Below the pieces are notes generated by a model. That model did not search any database and was not told the origin of the DNA. It saw only the letters and a program-made list of their open reading frames with translations. DNA of 64,000 nucleotides from Polyangiaceae bacterium (GTDB taxonomy: Bacteria > Myxococcota_A > Polyangia > Polyangiales > Polyangiaceae): assembly GCA_965222375.1 (NCBI GenBank), contig CBDCTZ010000015.1, forward strand, positions 576,001 through 640,000. The letters run 5' to 3'. The translations under genes and the position numbers were made by a program. Positions 22,744 through 32,524 of the stretch are shown one piece after another (positions within the stretch are counted from its first letter, which is position 1; every line of letters begins with the position of its first letter).

Positions 22744-23799
22744 TCAACAAATCCGCGGCAGCTGCTCCCCGTTGAGCATGTCCAAGATGCGAGTGGTACC
22801 AAGAGAGCTGCGCAGCGTGACGTGCCCCTGCTTGCCTTGGCCGACTTGGCCAATGACCGCAGCTCGGGTGCCTGAGGGATCATGATGCATCACCTCGAGG
22901 GCGCGCTTCGCATCGGCCTCAGGCATGAACGCCACAAGACGCCCTTCGTTGGCAACGTAGAGCGGATCGAGACCGAATATCTCACAAGCGGCTCGTACAT
23001 CCTGGCGAACTGGGATCGCGGCCTCCTCGATCTGGATGTCACATTTGGCTAACTGCGCGATTTCCACCAACGCGCTGACCACACCACCCCGGGTGCAGTC
23101 CCGTAGGCAATGCAGGTCGATCCCAGCCTCCAGCATGGCGAGCACCATGCTGGAGAGGGGGGCGCAATCGCTCTCTATTTCAGTTTCGAAGGAGAGCCCC
23201 TCGCGCACCGCCATGATGGCCATGCCATGGCGCCCGATATCGCCACTGATCAGCAACGCGTCACCCGGGCGCACGCTCCTGGGCTCAATTTCGAGCTCAT
23301 GCTCGATGGAGCCAACGCCGGTCGTGTTGATGAAAATCTGGTCGCCCTTTCCACGATCGACGACCTTGGTATCCCCCGCCACGATGACAACTCCAGCTCG
23401 CCGAGCGGCCTGGCGCATCGACTCCACCACGCGCTTCAAGGACTCGATTGGGGTGCCTTCTTCCAGCACGAACCCCGCGCTCAGATAGCGAGGGCGCGCA
23501 CCACACATGGCGACGTCGTTCGTCGTGCCATAGACCGCGAGCTTCCCGATGTCGCCGCCCGGGAAGAACATGGGGCGCACCACGTAGGAATCCGTGGACA
23601 TGGCAACGCGGCCAGAACCGAGATCCAACACCGCTCCGTCGTGTCGTGCGCCAAGGGCCGGGTTGTCGAAGGCCTCGAGGAACAGTTTTTCGATCAGGCA
23701 ATTCATGGCGCGGCCACCACCACCGTGAGCCAAGCCAATGACCTCTTGATCGGTGATGGATACCGGGCATTGCAGCTGGAAGTCGTCGCTGCGGGTCAT
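22744..23799 (-). CDS. hypE: Hydrogenase maturation protein HypE
   Basis: [35 protein letters not shown]-terminal PRIC. Confidence 0.97.
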   Translation of the reverse strand: MTRSDDFQLQCPVSITDQEVIGLAHGGGGRAMNCLIEKLFLEAFDNPALGARHDGAVLDLGSGRVAMSTDSYVVRPMFFPGGDIGKLAVYGTTNDVAMCGARPRYLSAGFVLEEGTPIESLKRVVESMRQAARRAGVVIVAGDTKVVDRGKGDQIFINTTGVGSIEHELEIEPRSVRPGDALLISGDIGRHGMAIMAVREGLSFETEIESDCAPLSSMVLAMLEAGIDLHCLRDCTRGGVVSALVEIAQLAKCDIQIEEAAIPVRQDVRAACEIFGLDPLYVANEGRLVAFMPEADAKRALEVMHHDPSGTRAAVIGQVGQGKQGHVTLRSSLGTTRILDMLNGEQLPRIC

Positions 23800-24899
23800 G
23801 CTGAAGCCTCTTCGCCGTGGCGCTTGTAGCGATAGTACGCAGCGCAAGCCCCCTCCGTGGAGACCATGGTCGCACCGAGGGGTGACTCGGGCGTGCAGCG
23901 GCTACCAAACGCAGGGCACTGGGTTGGCTTCTTCACGCCTTGAAGCACCAAGCCACTCTGACAGTCTGGGCATTCTTCGGCACGGATTTCGTCGATATCA
24001 AAACGCTGCTCCGCATCGAAACGCGCAAGTTCGGGAGCGAGGCGATAACCGCTCCGCGGGATCACGCCGATGCCTCGCCACGCGCGGTCAGCGATCTCGA
24101 AAACCTGGTCAATCAGCGCCCGCCCAGCAAGGGTACCCTCTCTGCGCACGACCCGGCTGTACTGGTTTTCAACCTCGTGGCGGCCTTGCTGCAGCTGTCG
24201 GATGCACATGTAGATCCCCTGAAGGATGTCGACGGGCTCGAAGCCCGTCACCACGATGGGCGTTTCGAATCGCTCCGCAAGCTCGAAGTACTCTTCATAG
24301 CCCATGACCGTGCAGACATGACCGGCCGCGAGGAAGCCTTGGACGCGATTGTGCTCGGCCGAAAGAATGACCTCAATGGCCGGGGGAACCCGAACATGAG
24401 ACACCAGCAGCGAGAAGTTATCTATGCCCGCGCGCTGCGCCTGAACCACGGCTAGGGCGTTCGCCGGTGCGGCGGTTTCGAAGCCGACGGCAAAGAAAAC
24501 GACGTGGCGCTCGGGGTTTTCCCGAGCGATGGTCAGAGCGTCTAGAGGCGAATAGACGATGCGCACGTCACCGCCTCGAGCCTTGACCGCGAATAGATCT
24601 GCCTGACTCCCAGGAACGCGGAGCATGTCACCAAAGGAGCAGAAGATGACGTCAGGACGAGCGGCAATCGCCAAAGCTTTGTCGATCAGTTCCAATGGAG
24701 TCACACAAACGGGGCAGCCGGGACCATGCACCAGCTCGAGCCCATCCGGGAGGAGTTCATCCAGCCCGAAGCGCACGATGGAGTGCGTTTGACCGCCGCA
24801 GACTTCCATGATGGTCCAGGGCTGCGTGATGGCCGCGTCAATGGCTGCCACGGTCTTGCGAACGGTGTCGGGGTCCCGGTACTCGTCGATGTACTTCAT
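23796..24899 (-). CDS. hypD: Hydrogenase maturation protein HypD
   Basis: [38 protein letters not shown]. Confidence 0.97.
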   Translation of the reverse strand: MKYIDEYRDPDTVRKTVAAIDAAITQPWTIMEVCGGQTHSIVRFGLDELLPDGLELVHGPGCPVCVTPLELIDKALAIAARPDVIFCSFGDMLRVPGSQADLFAVKARGGDVRIVYSPLDALTIARENPERHVVFFAVGFETAAPANALAVVQAQRAGIDNFSLLVSHVRVPPAIEVILSAEHNRVQGFLAAGHVCTVMGYEEYFELAERFETPIVVTGFEPVDILQGIYMCIRQLQQGRHEVENQYSRVVRREGTLAGRALIDQVFEIADRAWRGIGVIPRSGYRLAPELARFDAEQRFDIDEIRAEECPDCQSGLVLQGVKKPTQCPAFGSRCTPESPLGATMVSTEGACAAYYRYKRHGEEASA

Positions 24900-25135
24900 C
24901 CTGAAGCGAGCTCCGCGATGTATGCCAGGTTGTCGAGCTGACGCTTTGCTTCAGCTTCGTCCAACTTGGCGAGAGCCAGGCCAACGTGAACGAGCACCCA
25001 ATCACCGGCGTCGGCCTCGGGTACGCACGCCAAGCTGACATCCTTCACGATCCCCGAGAAGCTGACCTTCCCGCTTCTCAAGATGGGATCAGTTCCCATC
25101 ACGTTCAGAATCTGTCCCGGTACTCCAAGACACAT
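24896..25135 (-). CDS. hypC: Hydrogenase maturation chaperone HypC
   Basis: [16 protein letters not shown]. Confidence 0.96.
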   Translation of the reverse strand: MCLGVPGQILNVMGTDPILRSGKVSFSGIVKDVSLACVPEADAGDWVLVHVGLALAKLDEAEAKRQLDNLAYIAELASG

Positions 25136-25140
25136 GATGG

Positions 25141-27456
25141 TCAGCCTCGAGTTTTCTGGTGGCGTACCGCGGCGGCAAGCTGCCCCAGGGCAATACCGCC
25201 GTCGTTAGGCGGAACACGCCGGTGGGATAGCACGGAAAACCCAGCCGAGCGCAACAGTGCTGCGGAACGTTCGAGCAAGCGACGATTCTGGAAGCATCCG
25301 CCGGTGAGAGCAACCTGGCGGACGCCCGCTTCCCGCGCGATGTCAACGACCGCAAGGCTCAGGGCTTCGTGAAAGGTCGCGGCGAGTTCGGCGCAAGAGT
25401 GCCCAGCGTGGCGCCTCGCCAAGAGCTCCCGCACCAACGGCTCCCAGTCCAGGACTCGCGCTCCATTCTGCGAGGCGGCGCGTGGAATGCGCGGCGGCGT
25501 GCTCACGGCCAGGTTGCCCGCTAGCTGCTCCAGACGCATGGCGGCCTGACCCTCGAAATTGACGTCAGTACACACTCCAAGTAACGCTGAGACTCCATCG
25601 AAGAGCCGTCCCGCACTCGACGTGATCGGGGCGTTGAGCCCACGGTGCATTGCCAGCTCGAACAATTCGCTCTGCTCCGGCGCGAGGGGGTACAAAGCCC
25701 GCCAAGAGCGTTGCTTGCGTGCGGCGGGTCCAAAGAGCTCGAACAACAGGCTCAAGCCTGTCCGCCAGGGTTGCCGAATGGCGGCGTCGCCGCCGGGGAG
25801 GCGAAAAGTGCGCAGGTGTGCGAAACGTTGGAAGCTACCCGGTGAAGCGTCGTCGTCGATGAGCAAGAACTCTCCGCCCCAGATGGTGCCATCCGCTCCG
25901 TAGCCTGTGCCGTCCCAAGCGACGCCGAGCACCGGACCATCCACTGCGTTGTCCAACATGCAAGAGCGCACATGGGCGTGATGGTGCTGCACCGGGTGCA
26001 CCGGTAGCTCGCTCTCTTGGGCGTGGCGTGTGGAGGCGTAGTCCGGGTGGGCGTCGCATGCGACTTGAGTTGGCTCCGTGGCGTAGAGGTTCGGCAAATC
26101 CGAGGTCGCGCGATCGAATGCCCCCAGGGCGCCTGCAGTTTCGAGGTCGCCGACGTGTTGACTAAGTAGGGCCATGCCTCCGACGCTAGTGGCGACGGTG
26201 TTCTTCAAGTGTCCCCCGACTGCGAGCCAGTCCTCTCGAGAGTCATCGGGAAGGGCGAAGGGCATGGGCGCGTACCCCCGAGCGCGACGCAACAACATGG
26301 TGCCCTCCTTCGTCACTTGAGCGATGGAGTCGTCGATAGTACGAGTGATCAAGCGATCGTGTACCAGGAACCGGTCCGCGATGGATCCGAGGCGTGCTAG
26401 GGCGTCCGCCTCGTCGATACAGATCGGTTCGTCGCTCAAGTTCCCGCTGGTTGCGACGACGGGAGCCCCAACGCTTTCCAACAGGAGGTGGTGCAGCGGC
26501 GTGCTGGGAAGCATGAAACCAAGACAGCGGCTATCCGGAGCCACTTCCTCGGCTACATGGGCTTCATGGCGACGGTCGAGCAGCAGTATCGGTGCCTGAG
26601 GCGACGTCAACAGCGCCTCTTCATCCCGGTTGACTCGGCAGTGCCGACGCACAGTCCAAAGATCGCCGGCCATCATTGCAAACGGCTTCTGTTCGCGGTG
26701 CTTGCGTCGCCTGAGCCGACTCACCGCGTCCGAATCCGAGGCCAGTGTCATCAGATGGAATCCACCTAGCCCCTTCACCGCGACGATGGCGCCCCCGGAC
26801 AGCGCGATGGCTGCATGAACCAGCGCGTCATCAAGGCGATTCAACACGCGCCCAGTGCCGTCCCACAGCTCAATGCTGGGGCCACACACGGGGCAGGCGT
26901 TGGGCTGAGCATGAAAACGGCGGTCCTCAGGGCTTTCGTATTCCCGGCGACAGTCGTCGCACATCTCGAAGCGCCGCATCGTGGTGTGGGGTCGGTCGTA
27001 GGGCAGGCTTTCCAGAATGCTGAACCGCGGGCCGCAGTACGTGCAGTTCGTGAACGGATAGCGATAGCGGCGATTCCTCGGGTCGCGCATGTCCTGCAAA
27101 CACGCTGCGCAGGTCGCGAGATCCGGCAAAGCCAACACGCTCTTGTCACCTGAGCTGTCGCTGGGAGTGATTTCGAAGCGCTCGTAGCCGACGGGTGGCA
27201 ACCAGACGCGCTCGATACTCTGGACCGTGGCAATTCGTGGCCGCTCTGCAGCCAGCCGCTCGGCGAAAAGCTCCAGGCGATCCCGGGAGCCTTCTACTTC
27301 CGCGATGACCCCCCGGGGACCGTTTTGGACCCAGCCCGGCAGCCCCATTTCGGCGGCAAGGCGATAAACAAATGGGCGAAAGCCCACTCCTTGCACCGCG
27401 CCTCGCACGCGAAGCTGCAAGCGTTGCTCCTGGACGCCGGGGACCTCGCAAATCAT
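25141..27456 (-). CDS. hypF: Carbamoyltransferase HypF
   Basis: Acylphosphatase GAVQGVGFRPF, Zn-finger CxxC pairs, KGLGGFHL, QHHHAH, WDGTGYG, PPNDGGIALGQ. Confidence 0.97.
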   Translation of the reverse strand: MICEVPGVQEQRLQLRVRGAVQGVGFRPFVYRLAAEMGLPGWVQNGPRGVIAEVEGSRDRLELFAERLAAERPRIATVQSIERVWLPPVGYERFEITPSDSSGDKSVLALPDLATCAACLQDMRDPRNRRYRYPFTNCTYCGPRFSILESLPYDRPHTTMRRFEMCDDCRREYESPEDRRFHAQPNACPVCGPSIELWDGTGRVLNRLDDALVHAAIALSGGAIVAVKGLGGFHLMTLASDSDAVSRLRRRKHREQKPFAMMAGDLWTVRRHCRVNRDEEALLTSPQAPILLLDRRHEAHVAEEVAPDSRCLGFMLPSTPLHHLLLESVGAPVVATSGNLSDEPICIDEADALARLGSIADRFLVHDRLITRTIDDSIAQVTKEGTMLLRRARGYAPMPFALPDDSREDWLAVGGHLKNTVATSVGGMALLSQHVGDLETAGALGAFDRATSDLPNLYATEPTQVACDAHPDYASTRHAQESELPVHPVQHHHAHVRSCMLDNAVDGPVLGVAWDGTGYGADGTIWGGEFLLIDDDASPGSFQRFAHLRTFRLPGGDAAIRQPWRTGLSLLFELFGPAARKQRSWRALYPLAPEQSELFELAMHRGLNAPITSSAGRLFDGVSALLGVCTDVNFEGQAAMRLEQLAGNLAVSTPPRIPRAASQNGARVLDWEPLVRELLARRHAGHSCAELAATFHEALSLAVVDIAREAGVRQVALTGGCFQNRRLLERSAALLRSAGFSVLSHRRVPPNDGGIALGQLAAAVRHQKTRG

Positions 27457-27460
27457 CACG

Positions 27461-28186
27461 TCACCCCGGACGGACTTCCTGCTCGATGGGCGCCTTGGGG
27501 CGGGTCGGGCGATGGGTTTCGAGTTCCGAGATCCAGGCATCCAAACCATCGCCGCTCCGAGCCGAGAAGGACATGAGCCTCGGCCTCGGCATCACTCGGG
27601 CCAAGGCGTCGCCAATGCGTGTCACTGAAATCTCCGGCAGCGCTGGCAAAAGGTCCGTCTTGGTCAGGACCACGAGGTCTGCACACCGGAACATCACGGG
27701 GTACTTCAGGGGCTTGTCTTCACCCTCTGTCACGGAAAGCACCACGACGTTCAGGTGCTGCCCGAGGTCATAGATGGCGGGGCATACCAAGTTGCCGACG
27801 TTTTCGATGAAGAAGTAGTCCACGTTCATCAGGGACAGATCGTGGAGCGCGCGGTGAATCATGCGGGCGTCGAGGTGGCAGGCCGACCCAGTGTTGATGC
27901 TGCCCGAGGGGATCCCGGCGGCTCTGAGACGCTGGGCGTCGTTGTCCGTAGCCAGGTCACCGTTGACTGCCGCCAGCTGTCTGCGGGTACCCAGGGCGCG
28001 AGCCGTCGCCTCGAGCAGCGCGGTCTTGCCGCAGCCGGGCGAACCCATGAGGTTGATCGCGAAGACGCCCGCACGGTCGAAGTGCTCGCGGTTATGCAGC
28101 GCCCGGTGGTCGTTGTCCGCGAGGATGCGATCGTGAACTTCAACAGGAACGAGTTCGGTATCTCCGCAGCCGCAGGTATCACACAT
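27461..28186 (-). CDS. hypB: Hydrogenase nickel incorporation GTPase HypB
   Basis: N-terminal CDTCGC, GSPGCGKT, ACHLDA, ENVGNLVCP, EGEDKPLKYP. Confidence 0.96.
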   Translation of the reverse strand: MCDTCGCGDTELVPVEVHDRILADNDHRALHNREHFDRAGVFAINLMGSPGCGKTALLEATARALGTRRQLAAVNGDLATDNDAQRLRAAGIPSGSINTGSACHLDARMIHRALHDLSLMNVDYFFIENVGNLVCPAIYDLGQHLNVVVLSVTEGEDKPLKYPVMFRCADLVVLTKTDLLPALPEISVTRIGDALARVMPRPRLMSFSARSGDGLDAWISELETHRPTRPKAPIEQEVRPG

Positions 28187-28526
28187 CCTCAACCTCCATT
28201 TCGATGCGCTCCAGGAGAATCTCGTCGCCGGAGCGCAAGTTGGCAGGAGCTGAGCATTGGGGGCAGCGCAGCGACGCCCCATCCTCGATGGTGCGGTCAC
28301 AACTCGGGCACGCCCAGCGTGCCGGGACGCGCTTCACGGATAGCTCCGCGTCTTTGCAGATCGTGTGATCGCGGAAAATCTCGTAGGCGGTGAGCAGCAG
28401 ATCTGCATCCACGCCAGCGAGTTCGCCAATGCTGACCCAGACGCGGCTGACGGAGGTCGCACCGCGCTGCCGTGCCTCGGTCTTCACACGGTCGATCAAG
28501 GAGCTGGCAACTGAGTATTCGTGCAT
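28179..28526 (-). CDS. hypA: Hydrogenase nickel metallochaperone HypA
   Basis: MHE N-terminus, GELAGV, CPSC and CPQC. Confidence 0.95.
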   Translation of the reverse strand: MHEYSVASSLIDRVKTEARQRGATSVSRVWVSIGELAGVDADLLLTAYEIFRDHTICKDAELSVKRVPARWACPSCDRTIEDGASLRCPQCSAPANLRSGDEILLERIEMEVEDV

Positions 28527-28567
28527 CATTTCCACCGCTGAGGATCCACTTCGCCGCAACCCTTTCG

Positions 28568-28583
28568 TGCATCGAACGTGCCG
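28568..28583 (-). promoter_or_regulatory. Putative sigma54 promoter of the hyp operon
   Basis: Minus strand CGGCACG-TTCG-ATGCA (GG-N10-GC) ~40 nt upstream of hypA. Confidence 0.6.
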
Positions 28584-29027
28584 CGAGGTGCTCCCATCGC
28601 AGAACTTGCGTTGTGCCGGCAAAAACACTTCACGCCGCAGCGCGTCGAGCGAAATGCTTGCCGACCGGCGCATGGGCAACGTCATGCCTGCGCGAAAGTG
28701 CGAGCGTTGGCTCGCCCACGGCACAGACAGATCCGTGCCGCTTCTTTGTGATCTTGCTCCACGAACCCGTCGCACCCGAGCCTCACAGGTCCTCCTACTG
28801 GGGCAGCATCGCGTGGATGTTCGATTCGCGCGCCGCCGCTTGCTAGGGCCGAGGGCACTCCACGCACCCCAAGGGCTACGGAAGGCCGCTCCGAAACCTT
28901 CCGTTCTCGGTTCGCGTGAATCGTGTGCCACAGTCAACAGCCATGAACGCCGCTTCACACATCGAAACCAGTCGCGAGGGAACAGCGTGAAAGTGGCGCG
29001 GAACGAAAGTTGCGACACGACCCACCC

Positions 29028-30122
29028 ATGAAGATTCTCGATCGTGCATGGGTTGTTGGCGCAGCGGCAATGATGGTTTTGAGCAGCGGTTCCAATGCCG
29101 CTGCGGCAGAGCCCAAGCTCAGGTTGCCTTCCGCCGAACGTTTGCCTGCCGTCGAACGAAGCTCAGCCACGACAAGGGCTGTGGTGGCTGCCAAGTGCGC
29201 CAAACCAACCGGCCTGCCAACCCTTCGCAGGTCGGGTGCGCTCGTCGTCGAATCGCCACCGCGCCCTAGAGTGGAACGCTGGCTACGTCTTCGAACGCAC
29301 CAGAGCCAGCACCATCGCTCGATTGGGGCGAGGCTTTGGGAAGGCCCCGAAGTGCCAATATTCGTTCCGCTCACGATCAGCAACATGGAGCTCGAGGTGC
29401 TCGATCCGGTGGCCGGTGGCTACCTGGCTCTCTACCGCAGCGCACCCGCGAGTGGCAGCGCCAATGGCCGGTTCGAGGCTCGCTTGTTTTCCTGCGCCGG
29501 CAATCTCCGAGCTGCGCTGCCCCTCAATCCCCTGCTCTCACGCTCCCACCATTTGGAAGTGCAGGACATCCGCTACGCCGGCGGCAAGCTGTACTTCAAC
29601 GAAGCCTGCCAAACCTACTCCCGCGAAGCCGGCGGTCGTTGCTCCGCCCTCGTGGCGGCCGATCCATTCACCAAGAAGGTACTCTGGCGCACGCCGTCAC
29701 TGACCTCCAACGGCGTGCTGAGGGTCGTCGGCAAGCACATCGTTGCCGGCTATGGGTTCACGGGCGAGCGCGCGTTTCTGCGGGTCGTACGCCGCTCGGA
29801 TGGTCGTGTCGTTGTGAAGAAGCCGATGCCGGCGAATCACTTCGGCCTGGAGACCCGCGGCCGCAGGCTGGATGTGGAGATCGGCGGCAAGTGGCTGTCA
29901 TACCGGATGACTAGTTTTGATACCGACAACCCGAGTCTGAAGTTCAGGGAGGTACGGGCGAGGGCGCCAAAGCGCGAGCATCCTTCACGCGTCAAGTTGC
30001 CCGCCAAGTCCACGTCTCGGCAGACTTCACCACGTCGCGGCCCCACCAAACCGCCTAGCAAACGACGGCGTTGGCCCAACAAGTTTGACTCGGGATTCGA
30101 TGGCGCTTTGAATCGACGCTAG
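29028..30122 (+). CDS. Secreted hypothetical protein (beta-rich, basic tail)
   Basis: Signal peptide ending AAA; LVAADP....VLWR-type beta motifs. Confidence 0.6.
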   Translation: MKILDRAWVVGAAAMMVLSSGSNAAAAEPKLRLPSAERLPAVERSSATTRAVVAAKCAKPTGLPTLRRSGALVVESPPRPRVERWLRLRTHQSQHHRSIGARLWEGPEVPIFVPLTISNMELEVLDPVAGGYLALYRSAPASGSANGRFEARLFSCAGNLRAALPLNPLLSRSHHLEVQDIRYAGGKLYFNEACQTYSREAGGRCSALVAADPFTKKVLWRTPSLTSNGVLRVVGKHIVAGYGFTGERAFLRVVRRSDGRVVVKKPMPANHFGLETRGRRLDVEIGGKWLSYRMTSFDTDNPSLKFREVRARAPKREHPSRVKLPAKSTSRQTSPRRGPTKPPSKRRRWPNKFDSGFDGALNRR

Positions 30123-30248
30123 CCGTGTCACACCTTCGCTCGCGAAGCCACGTCGCCGCCACGAGCAACCTAGATCACGATACCGCAAGCGCATTCACGA
30201 CGTAGACGCCGCATTTCTGTGGCATTGAGCGCATGCTAGTATGTTCCA

Positions 30249-30629
30249 ATGGTGGAGGGTGAAGCCCAACGGCAGCCACGCCCCATCGGAGGGCACTATC
30301 TTCCGTGTGACAAGATCGCGGCAGAGGGAATGGCGTCGGTTCATCTTGGACGCTTGTTCGGTCCAGCCGGCGTCTCGCGCGCAGTGGCGATCGCGCGCCT
30401 CAACGCCGATTGCTACTGCTCTCGTCACAGCAGCCAGCACAGCGGCCGCGATGGCCTCAGCACCAACTGTCGTCGCAAGGCCCGATACGGCATCACAACG
30501 CACAAACCCGCGCCGACCGCACCAAAGCAGATAGGCCTCACCGGCTCCAAGCCGTTACCGAGCTGCAAGCCGCCGTACACCACCGGGCCAGACGTCATCA
30601 AGAAATTCAAGCGCGAGTGCCTAAGATGA
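30249..30629 (+). pseudogene. Internally deleted Ser/Thr protein kinase remnant
   Basis: IGGHYL..KIAAEGMASVHLGRL.GPAG.SRAVAIARL (subdomains I-II, VAIK Lys lost) joined to a CKPPY...IKKFKRECL tail; no HRD/DFG. Confidence 0.65.
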
Positions 30630-31411
30630 GATCCATCCTTCGGCTGGGAGTGTTGATTGGCCTGCTGCCTGCGTTGGAGGCGAGAGCTCAAAGCGTGGAT
30701 GAGTGCATCGCGGCGCACGAAGCTGGCCAGCGCTCCGAACGGGACAATCGTCTGCTCGAGGCGCGCAGGCAGTTCAGAACGTGCAAGAAGGCATCCTGCC
30801 CCGGTCTCGTGCGGGAGGATTGCGTAGCGCGAATGCAATTCGTCGAAAAGAACATACCTACCGTGGTCCTGAAAGCATTCGGGAAGGACGTGAAGGTGCA
30901 AATCGACGATGACGACCCAGCTCCACTTCCGCCTGGCCCAATCGAGCTCGATCCCGGACCGCATGAAGTCGTGTTTCTAGTACCTGGCCAGCCCAACGTG
31001 GCGCGTTCCGTGACCCTGGCGCGGGGTCAAACAAACGTCGCCGTAGAAGCCGACCTGACGCCCGTGCAAAGCATCGACTCCACGGAATCGCCAAAGTCGT
31101 CTACGGTACCGGCAGCAACCTGGGTGCTCAGTGGTGTAGCGGTGCTGGGGGTGGCGGGGTTTGTAGGCTTTGGGCTTTCAGGCAACAGCAAGCAATCCGA
31201 CTTGGATTCGTGCAAGCCAAGTTGCGGGGATCTTGGGCTATACGACGACATGAAAAGTGATTACCTGAAAGCCGACATCGCCCTGGGCGTCGCGTTGCTA
31301 GCCGCCGGGGGCGCCGCATACTTTTACGTAAACCGCGACAATGGCCATCGTGTTGGCTTGTATGCGTTTCCCGAGGCGACCGCCCTCGGCTACGAGGGAC
31401 GTTTCTGGTGA
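30626..31411 (+). CDS. Secreted/membrane protein of the type commonly encoded downstream of myxobacterial Ser/Thr kinases
   Basis: Signal peptide, ECIAAHE.GQ..LLEAR..F..C....CP..VR.DC, PEGA-like IELDPGPHEV, C-terminal hydrophobic helices; ATGA overlap. Confidence 0.75.
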   Translation: MRSILRLGVLIGLLPALEARAQSVDECIAAHEAGQRSERDNRLLEARRQFRTCKKASCPGLVREDCVARMQFVEKNIPTVVLKAFGKDVKVQIDDDDPAPLPPGPIELDPGPHEVVFLVPGQPNVARSVTLARGQTNVAVEADLTPVQSIDSTESPKSSTVPAATWVLSGVAVLGVAGFVGFGLSGNSKQSDLDSCKPSCGDLGLYDDMKSDYLKADIALGVALLAAGGAAYFYVNRDNGHRVGLYAFPEATALGYEGRFW

Positions 31412-32046
31412 TGGGTAGCCACCAAATTGCCGTGAGGCGTTGCCGGATCATCCATGTCCCAGTCGCCATTGGCGCCCTGCTGGCCGGTTGCACTCTGGTC
31501 GCGCCTGAGCGCGATGACTTTTATGGTGGAGGCGGTCGATCAGGCGCAAGCGGTCAAGCTGGTCATGCAAGTGGAGGGGTCTCAGCGGGAGGATTCCCGG
31601 GAAGCGGCGGCGCTGCAGCGGGTGCCGGTGGCGTTGCAACGGGGGGTGTCGACGCTGGCGGTACAGGTGGAACCGGCACGGGCGGGAGTGAAACAGGCGC
31701 CACCGGGGGAACTGGCGGGAAGACAACCGGCGGTACCGGTGGCCTGGCAACGGGTGGCATAAATTCCGGCGGTACCGGCGGTATCGCGACGGGAGGAACT
31801 AGCACCGGTGGCGTCGCAACCGGTGGCACTGGGGGCTGGGTCACTGGAGGAACAGGGGGCTGGATCACGGGAGGAACAGGCGGTGGCTCCTGCAAGCAGT
31901 TGGGCACGACCTGCAACGCGGACTGCTGCGATCCCCTCCAGTGCAGCCCAAGCAAGCGTTGCTGCATTCCAAGCGGCCTCACATCGTGTTTCAAGAATTC
32001 TGACTGCTGTTCAGGAAACTGCAATCTTGGTTATTTGTGCGGTTAG
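31408..32046 (+). CDS. Gly/Thr-linker lipoprotein with C-terminal double C-C-CC-C-C domain
   Basis: Lipobox LAGC; (TGG)n linker; 12 Cys in the last ~50 aa. Confidence 0.75.
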   Translation: MMGSHQIAVRRCRIIHVPVAIGALLAGCTLVAPERDDFYGGGGRSGASGQAGHASGGVSAGGFPGSGGAAAGAGGVATGGVDAGGTGGTGTGGSETGATGGTGGKTTGGTGGLATGGINSGGTGGIATGGTSTGGVATGGTGGWVTGGTGGWITGGTGGGSCKQLGTTCNADCCDPLQCSPSKRCCIPSGLTSCFKNSDCCSGNCNLGYLCG

Positions 32047-32461
32047 CGCCCATGGATCCTCTGACTGCAAACCGAGTGGCCGCGATGGGCCCCGGAGAAG
32101 CGGTCGTCAAGACGGGGGCGTCCGGGTCCGGACCGAATGCGCGTTTCATTGCACCCCCATCCCTCCTCGAGGACGCCACTGGGCGCCTTGGCTTTCGAAC
32201 CCATGGTTTCAAACACTCGTCGTTGGGTGCGCTGCGGCGATGGGGCAGCAGCGCCTCGTTCAACGGCTCGAAACAGGTGGACTCCTCCGCGAGGGCGACG
32301 CGCCGATAGCTGGCAACGAGAGCGTCGAACACACGGCTCTGCGTCGAAATCACAGACGGGATTTTTGGCGCGATTGCCCAAAGATGCCGACTACGCGGCC
32401 CCCCGACGAACGCCTCTTGCCACCGGGGCCGTTCTGTAAAAAGGTTCCGCGCATCGATTCC

Positions 32462-32479
32462 TGGTCGCGACCGCGACCA
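32462..32479. promoter_or_regulatory. Inverted repeat upstream of fadN-like gene, possible operator
   Basis: TGGTCGCG-AC-CGCGACCA, 45 nt before ATG 32525. Confidence 0.4.
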
Positions 32480-32524
32480 TTGCGCGGTTGCCAATGGTAG
32501 CCGAAAGCCCCACGAGGATATCTC

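Noticed and set aside
32046..32460. Several overlapping ORFs in the gap before fadN
   Set aside because: No RBS, motifs or consistent coding frame recognised
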